Assembly (NCBI GenBank): GCA_964575345.1
Contig: CAZNQD010000008.1
Span: 620 to 64,619 of the forward strand
Direction: 5' to 3'
From: an uncultured Bacteroidales bacterium
GTDB lineage: Bacteria > Bacteroidota > Bacteroidia > Bacteroidales > UBA1402
DNA length: 64,000 bases
The notes under the pieces are model-generated. The model saw only the letters and a list, made by a program, of their open reading frames with translations. It was not told the DNA's origin and made no database searches. Both the position numbers and the translations under genes were made by a program. Positions 1 through 8,254 of this stretch are shown piece after piece (position 1 is the stretch's first letter; every line of letters starts with the position of its first letter).

Positions 1-116
1 AAATCGTTGTTATTGATCGAAGGAACTTTGTTCCCTTCCAGATACTGAGCTGCATAAAGCAGGCTGCTGCCGGCAAATAGCATTGTTAGCAGCAAAATAT
101 ATACTTTGTTTTTCAT
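1..116 (-). CDS. 5' end of an exported protein gene that runs off the left edge (partial)
   Basis: Reverse-strand ATG at 116 translates to MKNKVYILLLTMLFAGSSLLYAAQYLEG..., which looks like a signal peptide. The frame stays open to position 1. It is too short to appear in the ORF track. Confidence 0.4.
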   Translation of the reverse strand, partial: MKNKVYILLLTMLFAGSSLLYAAQYLEGNKVPSINNND

Positions 117-263
117 AACGCTGTATTTAAGCATGATTTGAATTCGATTTTTCTTTAGGGGCCTTTTTTGATCAGAAAACAAAAATATAAATTGGGGACC
201 TGAGTGCTTAGGTAAAAGGTAAAATTAAGGCCGTAAAAGATACATTTTTCAATGTAAAATGCC

Positions 264-271
264 TATTTTTG
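264..271 (+). promoter_or_regulatory. Bacteroidota-type -7 box (TAnnTTTG)
   Basis: TATTTTTG ends 17 nt upstream of the AraC-like gene ATG at 289. Confidence 0.4.
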
Positions 272-288
272 GACATAAATAAGAGTAT

Positions 289-1464
289 ATGTTTAAAACG
301 GCTTTATTACTGACTCCTGTGTATGTAACTTTATTCTGGACTTTAGTTCTGAATACCGCAAACAGACACAACAACGACCGTGCCAGGCTGTTTCTGGGGA
401 AATTTATGCTTTTTGCCTGTATCTTGTATTTTTCTCATTTTCTTTTTTTCTATCCCCTGCCTCAGGTTTACATATATTTTGACGCCCTTTACCAATATGC
501 CTCTTTGATGGTATACCCCCTTTTTTATATCTACATTCGCCTATTGACGGTGGATGAAAAATTTGAACTTAAAAAGCATTTCAAGTACATTGCCGTACCC
601 AACCTGCTTTTTGTCGCCTATTCGACAGCTATACTTTTTAGTCCTCATGAACACTATCAGGCATTGATTGCCGACTATGAAAACAGCCCCTGGAATTTCC
701 TGAAAATAGTTTTAATCAGTATGAAACTCACCTTTTTAATACAGGTAATTCTTTGTGTTACAGGTAACACCATCTTATTAAAAAAATACAAACACAGCGC
801 CGGCCAATACTATTCCGATATAGAGGACAGCAGAATCTATAAAGCCGAATTACTCAATCTGTGCATTATTCTTACAGGTATTTCCTCTTTTATTCTCGGA
901 ATGCTGGGACGGGATTTCTTTTTTGCTGAACCTGTGGCCATAACCATCGCTTCCTTGGTTTTTTCCACCTTACTATTCGCAATCGGTTTGCTTGGCAATG
1001 TGCAGAAAGTAGTCAATCCGGGCTATGAAACCGAAAGCAGCGTCCAGCCGGCAGCAAGCTTTGCCACCGCGCAGGAAATGGAACACTTCAAAGTTGAAGT
1101 TTCTCCTAAAATTCTACGCCTGTTTGATAAAGACAAAATCTATCTGAACAGTAAACTCACCATCAGGGATGTGGCCCAAATAGCCGGAACCAATCGCACT
1201 TACGTGTCCAACTTTATTAATACTCGTTTTAATCAAAACTTTTGCAGTTTTGTGAACCATTACAGACTCGAAGAGTTGCAGCGAAGCATCCTGGAACATC
1301 CTGAATATAACAGCAACACCCTTGCCGAGCTCTGTGGTTTTGGTTCGACAGACTCACTGAAAAGGGCTGTAAGCACTGGTTTCGGTGTGTCTTATTCAGA
1401 ATGGAGAAAAGGCTTGTCTGTCAAAACAGACGCGCATCAGGAGAGTTTGAATGCCAAGGCGTAA
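289..1464 (+). CDS. Membrane-anchored AraC/XylS-family transcriptional regulator
   Basis: The first ~240 aa are hydrophobic with several predicted TM segments. The C-terminal ~100 aa carry the AraC-type double HTH (LTIRDVAQIAGTNRTYVSNFI...FCSFVNHYRLEE...LAELCGFGSTDSLKRAV). Confidence 0.8.
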   Translation: MFKTALLLTPVYVTLFWTLVLNTANRHNNDRARLFLGKFMLFACILYFSHFLFFYPLPQVYIYFDALYQYASLMVYPLFYIYIRLLTVDEKFELKKHFKYIAVPNLLFVAYSTAILFSPHEHYQALIADYENSPWNFLKIVLISMKLTFLIQVILCVTGNTILLKKYKHSAGQYYSDIEDSRIYKAELLNLCIILTGISSFILGMLGRDFFFAEPVAITIASLVFSTLLFAIGLLGNVQKVVNPGYETESSVQPAASFATAQEMEHFKVEVSPKILRLFDKDKIYLNSKLTIRDVAQIAGTNRTYVSNFINTRFNQNFCSFVNHYRLEELQRSILEHPEYNSNTLAELCGFGSTDSLKRAVSTGFGVSYSEWRKGLSVKTDAHQESLNAKA

Positions 1465-1853
1465 TTACGAATTTGTTTGAGCATCGCCGTAAAACCATTG
1501 GATCTGGTGGGCGATAAATGCTCCCTGAGCCCTATACGCTCGATGAAATATAGGTCGGACTTCAGTATTTCGTCCGGAGTTCGGCCCGAAAATACCTTCA
1601 GCAGCAGATAAACCAGGCCTTTTACTATAACGGTATCGCTTTCGGCTTCAAAAAACACCTTACCCTCCCTGTAGACTGCGTGTATCCATACCCGGCTTTG
1701 ACATCCTTCTATCAGGTATTGAGGTTTTTTGTATTGCTCATCCAAGGGGCTCAGAGAATTGCCCATGTCGATCAACAATTGATATTTGTCCATCCAATCT
1801 TCGATTTCATCGAAGGACTGAATAATGTTGTCCTGAATTTCGTCTATACTCAT
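1437..1853 (-). CDS. sufE: Cysteine desulfuration protein SufE
   Basis: 138 aa with the SufE cysteine motif EGCQSRVWI. It sits 9 nt downstream of sufS. Confidence 0.9.
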   Translation of the reverse strand: MSIDEIQDNIIQSFDEIEDWMDKYQLLIDMGNSLSPLDEQYKKPQYLIEGCQSRVWIHAVYREGKVFFEAESDTVIVKGLVYLLLKVFSGRTPDEILKSDLYFIERIGLREHLSPTRSNGFTAMLKQIRNYALAFKLS

Positions 1854-1862
1854 TTCAAACGG

Positions 1863-3089
1863 TTAATTAAACATTTTGTAGATTCTGTTCAAAGCTGCCT
1901 GCAGGCGATCTACTTCCTGGCTTGTATTGTAAAAGGCAAAAGAGGCACGCACACAACTGTCCATGCCTAAACGCTCCATCAGCGGCTGAGCACAATGATG
2001 CCCGGTGCGTACTGCAATGCCGAGTTTATCGAGCAAAACGCCAACATCATACGCATGAATGCCTTTTAATTGAAAAGGAAGAATGGCATGCCTGTCCGGT
2101 ATATTTCCTAACAACTGAAAACCCTCAACTTTGCTCAGTTCCTGCAAGGCATAGTCCATCAATTGCTTTTCGTAAGCTGCAATCTTGTCCAGACCAATCT
2201 CCTGAATAAAACGCAAAGCCTCAGCAAGGGCTGTTGTTCCAATAAAATCGGGCGTTCCGGCCTCGAATTTATATGGAATCCGATTGTATGTTGTTTTTTC
2301 GAAATGCACCTGGTCAATCATTTCTCCCCCTCCCTGGTATGGAGGCATTTGCTCCAAAAAGGAACGTTTCGCGTACAAAACGCCTACCCCGGTGGGCCCA
2401 TAAACCTTATGGGACGAAAAGGTATAAAAATCCGCGCCCAAGGCCTGAACATCTACCGGCATGTGGGCAAGCGCCTGAGCTCCGTCAACCAGCACAGGAA
2501 TACCTTGCCTGTGGGCTTTTTCAATAATCTGTTTGATGGGGTTTTCGATTCCCAGCACATTGGAAACATGGGTAATGGCCAGTAATTTTACCTTTGGCCC
2601 AAGTAATTTTTCGTATTCATCGATTAACAAACAACCATTATCGTCTATGGGAATCACCTTAAGAGTCATTTTCTTACGCTCGCGAAGGAGTTGCCAGGGA
2701 ACGATGTTGGAATGATGCTCCATGCTTGAAATCAAAATCTCATCCCCCTCCCGGCAAAAAGCTTCGCCAAAAGAAAAAGCCACCAGGTTGATCGATTCGG
2801 TGGTTCCACGGGTAAAAATAATTTCATCCGATTCTGCCGCATTGATAAATCGCTGCACCACAACTCTGGCTGCCTCGTGAGCTTCGGTGGCCTGTTGGCT
2901 TAATAAATGCACAGCCCGGTGGACATTCGCGTTTTGGCTGAAATAGGCCTCTTCTATCCTTTTAACCACGGAACGAGGTTTTTGGGTAGTGGCTGCGTTA
3001 TCGAGATAGGCCAAAGGCTGGCCGTACATTTTTTGTTCTAAAATAGGAAATTGCTTTCTTATGGAAGCTACATCAAATTTCGATTCCAT
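1863..3089 (-). CDS. sufS: Cysteine desulfurase SufS (class V aminotransferase)
   Basis: PLP-lysine motif FSSHKVYGPTG and catalytic Cys loop RTGHHCAQP. I set the start at ATG 3089 (MESKFDV...), because the ORF-track start at 3134 would overlap sufD by 29 nt. Confidence 0.93.
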   Translation of the reverse strand: MESKFDVASIRKQFPILEQKMYGQPLAYLDNAATTQKPRSVVKRIEEAYFSQNANVHRAVHLLSQQATEAHEAARVVVQRFINAAESDEIIFTRGTTESINLVAFSFGEAFCREGDEILISSMEHHSNIVPWQLLRERKKMTLKVIPIDDNGCLLIDEYEKLLGPKVKLLAITHVSNVLGIENPIKQIIEKAHRQGIPVLVDGAQALAHMPVDVQALGADFYTFSSHKVYGPTGVGVLYAKRSFLEQMPPYQGGGEMIDQVHFEKTTYNRIPYKFEAGTPDFIGTTALAEALRFIQEIGLDKIAAYEKQLMDYALQELSKVEGFQLLGNIPDRHAILPFQLKGIHAYDVGVLLDKLGIAVRTGHHCAQPLMERLGMDSCVRASFAFYNTSQEVDRLQAALNRIYKMFN

Positions 3090-3105
3090 GACCTCAGTAT
3101 TATTC

Positions 3106-4443
3106 TCAACAAATATCGCAGTGGGCACAAGCACTGATTTGTTTACGAAATCGCTTGCCCACCAGATTGTGTATTCTGTTCTTCAGGGGATCTAATTGAA
3201 TTCCCTCAATCACATCTGCCACAAAGGCAAATTTAAGCATCATCCGGGCTTCCTGCTCCGAAAGGCCTCTTGAGCGCATATAAAACAGTGCGTTTTCGTC
3301 TATCCGGCCGGTGGCGGAACCATGGCTGCACTTTACGTCATCGGCGTATATCTCGAGCTGAGGCAGGGCATTCATCCTGGCCCGGGACGAACTGCAGAGA
3401 TTGGCATTGGACTGATAGGCAGAAGTCTTCTGCGCATTGCGATGCACCAGTACTTTTCCGGCAAACACCCCTCTGGATTCGTCGTCCAGAATATATTTAT
3501 ACAATTGACGGCTGCTGCAGCGGGGCACTACATGCTCCACGCCGATATGATAATCGGCAAATTGATTGCTGTCGAGCAGACAAAAACCAGACAATTGAGA
3601 TTCTGCCTGTTCTCCCAACATTCTCAACTTTAAATTGTTTCGTGTAACTCCATTGTTCAGGGTTATACCATTAATAAACACCGAAGAAGAAGCCTGTTGA
3701 TCGATAAAAGTATTGCTTACCCTTGCATTATGAGGCTGGGTCATTTCCAATTCATAATACTCCAATCGGGCCTTCTCACCGACAAATACTTCGGTTACCT
3801 GATTTGAAAAACAGGCGCTCTGAGTCATACTGTGATCACATACTATCAGCCTGGCCGAAGCTCCCTCTTCGACAATGACCAGGTTTCTTCGGTTAGCCAT
3901 TTGTTCGATTTCTCCCTGAAATAGTTGAATCAGTTGCAAAGGCTGCTCAATTTCAACACCCGCAGGCACGAACAAAAGAAACCCATCCTGGGCCATGGCT
4001 GTGTTTAATGCAGCAAAAGCATCGGTAGATTGTCCGGCAATACGATCGTAATAAGGAGCCATGAGTTCGGAATGCTCACGAAGTAGGGCGTTGATGCTGC
4101 CATACAAGACGCCTTCGGGTAAATTTTGCGGCCTGGGATCGGGATAATAGACATCGTTGACCACAAAAAACAATTTGGTTGACAAACTGGGCACTTCGCA
4201 ACGAAAAACCTTACCGGGATGCGCCGGGGCTGACAAGCGGTAGAGGTTCATTCCGTAATCAATCTCCAATAATGTATCCAGCCGACATTGTCGGTAATCC
4301 TCGTCTTCGGGCCCGGGGAAGCCGGCTTTTTCAAAAAGCCCGATGGCTGACTCCCGTTTTGAATCCATCAGGGGAGCCGAGTACTGCCTGAGCACTTCCC
4401 GGTAGTTCCTGAACAGATTCAGGTAGGTTGTTTCTTTTCCCAT
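3106..4443 (-). CDS. sufD: Fe-S cluster assembly protein SufD
   Basis: 445 aa between sufC and sufS. The C-terminal half has the SufB/SufD beta-helix-type sequence (ESQLSGFCLLDSNQFADYHIGVEHVVPRCSSRQLYKYIL...). Confidence 0.9.
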   Translation of the reverse strand: MGKETTYLNLFRNYREVLRQYSAPLMDSKRESAIGLFEKAGFPGPEDEDYRQCRLDTLLEIDYGMNLYRLSAPAHPGKVFRCEVPSLSTKLFFVVNDVYYPDPRPQNLPEGVLYGSINALLREHSELMAPYYDRIAGQSTDAFAALNTAMAQDGFLLFVPAGVEIEQPLQLIQLFQGEIEQMANRRNLVIVEEGASARLIVCDHSMTQSACFSNQVTEVFVGEKARLEYYELEMTQPHNARVSNTFIDQQASSSVFINGITLNNGVTRNNLKLRMLGEQAESQLSGFCLLDSNQFADYHIGVEHVVPRCSSRQLYKYILDDESRGVFAGKVLVHRNAQKTSAYQSNANLCSSSRARMNALPQLEIYADDVKCSHGSATGRIDENALFYMRSRGLSEQEARMMLKFAFVADVIEGIQLDPLKNRIHNLVGKRFRKQISACAHCDIC

Positions 4444-4444
4444 T

Positions 4445-5200
4445 TCAGTCTTTCAATTCTTGTTTTACCCAGTCGTATCCCTGTTTTTCCAGGTCTTTGG
4501 CCAATTGGAAATCTCCGCTTTTAACGATACGCCCATCAAAAAGCACATGCACCCGATCGGGGATTATATAATCCAACAACCGTTGATAATGGGTAATGAC
4601 TATACAAGATTTCTGAGGGGTCTGTATTTTGTTTACCCCTTGGGCAACAATGCGCAAGGCATCTATATCCAAACCGCTGTCGGTCTCGTCCAGAATAGAG
4701 AGAACAGGGTCGAGCATGGCCATCTGAAATATTTCGTTGCGTTTTTTTTCTCCTCCCGAAAAACCCTCATTCACTGAACGGCTGGCCAAAGTATTATCCA
4801 ATTCGACCAGTGCTTTCTTTTCACGCATCAGCTTTAAAAATTCTGATGCGTTCATGGCTTCCAGCTTGCGGTATTTGCGGTGTTCGTTAATGGCTGTGCG
4901 CATAAAATTAACCATACTGACTCCGGGGATTTCCACGGGATACTGAAAACTCAAAAAAAGACCTTCGCGTGAACGATCTTCGGGGGTCATATTCAATAAG
5001 TCCATGCCTTTGAAGCGAACTGTACCCTGGGTAACAGTAAAGGCCGGATTACCCGAAAGCACTGCCGAAAGCGTACTTTTTCCCGAGCCGTTGGGTCCCA
5101 TTATGGCATGTATCTCTCCTTCTTTAACCGATAAATTCAAGCCTTTCAGGATTTCTTTATCTCCAATGGAGGCATGCAGGTTTTTTATTTCCAACAACAT
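4445..5200 (-). CDS. sufC: Fe-S cluster assembly ATPase SufC
   Basis: Walker [13 protein letters not shown] signature FSGGEKKR, Walker [13 protein letters not shown]. Its stop lies 1 nt from the sufD start. Confidence 0.97.
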   Translation of the reverse strand: MLLEIKNLHASIGDKEILKGLNLSVKEGEIHAIMGPNGSGKSTLSAVLSGNPAFTVTQGTVRFKGMDLLNMTPEDRSREGLFLSFQYPVEIPGVSMVNFMRTAINEHRKYRKLEAMNASEFLKLMREKKALVELDNTLASRSVNEGFSGGEKKRNEIFQMAMLDPVLSILDETDSGLDIDALRIVAQGVNKIQTPQKSCIVITHYQRLLDYIIPDRVHVLFDGRIVKSGDFQLAKDLEKQGYDWVKQELKD

Positions 5201-5252
5201 ATATATCTTTTTTATGGCCTTGGCCCGTATTTTTTTATTCTTTCTTTGTTTT

Positions 5253-5609
5253 CTATCTTCTCCCGGCCCCGGCCTTGTTTTTGTGTTTTGCGGACTGTGA
5301 GGCGGGGGAATATCTTGAAGTCTTTCTTTTTATTTTACCCTTTTTCCTTGTCGTTTTTTTGAACCAACCACGTATAAAAACCAATAGCCCCACAATCAAT
5401 AACATCAGGGCAATAACACTCACCAAAAGTCGCCTTTTGTCACTCCCGTTTTCCAGGGGCAGGGCGCTAAACAACAAATAGCCCAGGCCTGCCAGGATCA
5501 GGAGGATGAAGATGACAACCCAAACGGCTCTGCTGCTCTTTTGAATAGGAGCTTCTTCGTCGTCAGCTCCTCTGTTTTGCGCAGCTGTTGTTTTCCTTTC
5601 TGTTTTCAT
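5253..5609 (-). CDS. Hypothetical small two-TM membrane protein with a poly-basic C-terminal tail
   Basis: An ORF fills the pnuC-sufC gap. It has two hydrophobic segments ([22 protein letters not shown] and [19 protein letters not shown]) followed by [16 protein letters not shown]...[11 protein letters not shown]. Start placed at ATG 5609 (MKTERK), which overlaps the pnuC 3' end by 47 nt. I recognise no family. Confidence 0.35.
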   Translation of the reverse strand: MKTERKTTAAQNRGADDEEAPIQKSSRAVWVVIFILLILAGLGYLLFSALPLENGSDKRRLLVSVIALMLLIVGLLVFIRGWFKKTTRKKGKIKRKTSRYSPASQSAKHKNKAGAGRR

Positions 5610-6249
5610 CCTGCTGTTTATATTGTTTATTCCAATCAACTACTGCTCTTAGCGCTATCAAAGTAAAGATAGCAAAAAGCAGTGCTGTAAAAAACAAACC
5701 CATATAAGCATAAAGGGCTGTGCTCAACACATCGACAACGATCCAGATAATCCAGTTGTCCATTACTTTTCTTGAAAGCAAAAATTGCCCTGTTATACTA
5801 GCCACGGTCAATAAAGCATCCAGCCTGGGAAAGGCCGGAGGATCAATGTATTCAGGAAACCTGGATTGAAAATAAATAATGCCTTCACTCCACAAGCCGC
5901 CGAACACCAAAACAATCACTATCACCAGAGCCCACCGGCCCTTATTTAATCGTCGTATGCGCAGTTCCCTGTTTTTCCCCTCTTGTCCGGGCGCCGGATG
6001 CTTCCAGTGAAAATACCCGTAGAGGCTGAACAAGAAATACACTGTTTGCAACAGCATGGCAGAGTACAAATGCGCCTGATAAAATACAACAAAGTAAACC
6101 ACATTGTTGAGCAAACCAAACAAAAAATTGACAGAGAGCGCTTTTGAGGCCAAATATACAGCCGCCAGCCCGCTAATCAGTCCGATTAATTCCAGCAGGC
6201 TCATGGAATGACCCCATATCGAAAACAACACTACATCCTGAACCAACAT
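5563..6249 (-). CDS. pnuC: Nicotinamide riboside transporter PnuC family protein
   Basis: A ~228-aa polytopic membrane protein whose sequence resembles the PnuC family (LELIGLISGLAAVYL...NNVVYFVVF...LYGYFHW...NWIIWIVVDVL). Start set at ATG 6249, 1 nt after the sufB stop codon; the ORF-track start at 6306 lies inside sufB. Confidence 0.8.
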   Translation of the reverse strand: MLVQDVVLFSIWGHSMSLLELIGLISGLAAVYLASKALSVNFLFGLLNNVVYFVVFYQAHLYSAMLLQTVYFLFSLYGYFHWKHPAPGQEGKNRELRIRRLNKGRWALVIVIVLVFGGLWSEGIIYFQSRFPEYIDPPAFPRLDALLTVASITGQFLLSRKVMDNWIIWIVVDVLSTALYAYMGLFFTALLFAIFTLIALRAVVDWNKQYKQQDENRKENNSCAKQRS

Positions 6250-6250
6250 A

Positions 6251-7702
6251 TTATCCAACACTCCCTTCCAGGGAAACCTGCAATAATTTTTGTGCTTCAA
6301 CGGCAAATTCCATGGGAAGTTTATTGATCACTTCTTTAGCATAGCCGTTCACTATCAACCCTATAGCCTCCTCTGTGGAAATACCGCGCTGATTGCAATA
6401 AAACAACTGATCCTCGCTGATCTTGGAAGTAGTTGCTTCGTGTTCGACCACCGCTGTTTCGTTGTTTATTTCAATATAGGGAAAAGTATGCGCCCCACAG
6501 GTGTCGCCCAGCAACAAACTGTCGCATTGTGAGTGATTGCGGGCGTTGGAAGCTTTAGAAGCAATTTTTACCAGGCCACGGTAACTGTTTTGGCTTTTAC
6601 CGGCTGATATACCTTTGGAAACAATAATACTGCGGGTGTTTTCGCCCAAATGAATCATTTTGGTTCCTGTATCGGCCTGTTGATGATTGTTGGTAACGGC
6701 AACCGAGTAAAATTCCCCTACGGAATTGTTTCCGGCCAAAATACAGGAAGGATACTTCCAGGTTATGGCCGAGCCCGTTTCAACCTGAGTCCAGGAAATC
6801 TTGGCTGATTCCCCTTTGCACAAACAGCGCTTGGTAACAAAGTTATAAATGCCACCTTTGCCCTCTTTGTCGCCCGGATACCAGTTTTGCACAGTGGAAT
6901 ATTTGACTTCTGCCCGGTTATGGACAACAATCTCCACTATAGCCACATGCAACTGGTTTTCGTCGCGTATGGGAGCTGTACAGCCCTCCAGGTAGCTGAC
7001 GTAGCTATCGTCCTCGGCCACTATCAAGGTTCGCTCAAATTGGCCGGTATTGATGGCGTTGATTCGGAAATAAGTAGACAACTCCATAGGGCAACGTACC
7101 CCCTTGGGAATGTAGACAAAAGAACCATCACTAAAAACAGCACAATTCAAGGCTGCGTAATAATTATCCGTGTAAGGCACCACTGAGCCCAGGTAACGCC
7201 TGATCAATTCGGGATGTTCATGCACCCCTTCGCTGAATGAACAAAAAATGATACCCTTTTTTGCCAGGCTTTCCTTGAAAGTGGTTTTGACGGAAACACT
7301 ATCCATTACGGCATCTACGGCCATACCTGCCAATTGTTTGCGTTCCTGCAGGGGAATGCCCAGTTTATCGAAGGTTTTCAGTAAATCCGGATCGATTTCT
7401 TCTTGATTATCTGCAGAAGTTTTGCTCTTGGGGGCTGCGTAATAGACCATTTTTTGATAGTCAATTTCGGGAATGTCCAACTGTGCCCATCGGGGCTGTT
7501 TCATGCTTTGCCAATGACGAAAAGCCTTGAGGCGAAACTCCAAGAGCCAGTCCGGCTCCCTTTTTTTGGAAGAAATCAAACGAATAACATCTTCATTCAA
7601 GCCCTCGGGAATGCTTTCGGTTTCAATGTCAGTTACAAAACCATACCTGTATTCTCCGGCAGTTACCTGTGTGATGAGATCCTTGTCTTCGGTTGATTTC
7701 AT
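6251..7702 (-). CDS. sufB: Fe-S cluster assembly scaffold SufB
   Basis: 483 aa with unmistakable SufB-like sequence throughout (e.g. [59 protein letters not shown]). Confidence 0.97.
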   Translation of the reverse strand: MKSTEDKDLITQVTAGEYRYGFVTDIETESIPEGLNEDVIRLISSKKREPDWLLEFRLKAFRHWQSMKQPRWAQLDIPEIDYQKMVYYAAPKSKTSADNQEEIDPDLLKTFDKLGIPLQERKQLAGMAVDAVMDSVSVKTTFKESLAKKGIIFCSFSEGVHEHPELIRRYLGSVVPYTDNYYAALNCAVFSDGSFVYIPKGVRCPMELSTYFRINAINTGQFERTLIVAEDDSYVSYLEGCTAPIRDENQLHVAIVEIVVHNRAEVKYSTVQNWYPGDKEGKGGIYNFVTKRCLCKGESAKISWTQVETGSAITWKYPSCILAGNNSVGEFYSVAVTNNHQQADTGTKMIHLGENTRSIIVSKGISAGKSQNSYRGLVKIASKASNARNHSQCDSLLLGDTCGAHTFPYIEINNETAVVEHEATTSKISEDQLFYCNQRGISTEEAIGLIVNGYAKEVINKLPMEFAVEAQKLLQVSLEGSVG

Positions 7703-7705
7703 AAA

Positions 7706-8251
7706 TCATATGTCCTGAGAGTCAGGCGCTGATTGCTGTAAAGCTTCGGGAATTTTGATGTTCCAGTCTTCGAAGTGGATAAAGGGCAGTACTTTGGGAG
7801 CAAGATCGGAAAGCGGCCCATAGAAACGGGAAGTGCTGCTTTTTTCCCGGTGAAAGGAAGATTCACCTTTGTTAAAATAGTCAAACACATTGGCGACTAT
7901 ACTCAACACAAAAAGATAGAGCACCACGGCAAACAGGCCTCCTGCAATGCGGTTGAGCCAGCCGAGCATCACCATTTTGACCAGCTTGCTCAGCAAGAGT
8001 GCTACAAAATGAAATAAGATGACCGTCAGCACAAAAAGCACTATAAACGAAACAACCTGCAGCACTTTGGGATTCGCCGATTCAAAAAGTTGTGAAATAT
8101 AAGGTGTAAGCAAATAAGACAGAGCTTTCGCTGCAAAAATACCACATATAACGCCGGCTATGGCTCCGATGGTCTGAATAAGGCCTTTGCGCAAGCCATC
8201 AATTAAGCCCAGGAGGGCAACAATCAAAATGATAATGTCGTAGAGATTCAT
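7706..8251 (-). CDS. cvpA: CvpA-family membrane protein
   Basis: 181 aa with four hydrophobic segments. The N-terminus MNLYDIIILIVALLGLIDGLRKGLI is typical of the CvpA (colicin V production) family. Confidence 0.82.
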   Translation of the reverse strand: MNLYDIIILIVALLGLIDGLRKGLIQTIGAIAGVICGIFAAKALSYLLTPYISQLFESANPKVLQVVSFIVLFVLTVILFHFVALLLSKLVKMVMLGWLNRIAGGLFAVVLYLFVLSIVANVFDYFNKGESSFHREKSSTSRFYGPLSDLAPKVLPFIHFEDWNIKIPEALQQSAPDSQDI

Positions 8252-8254
8252 ACA

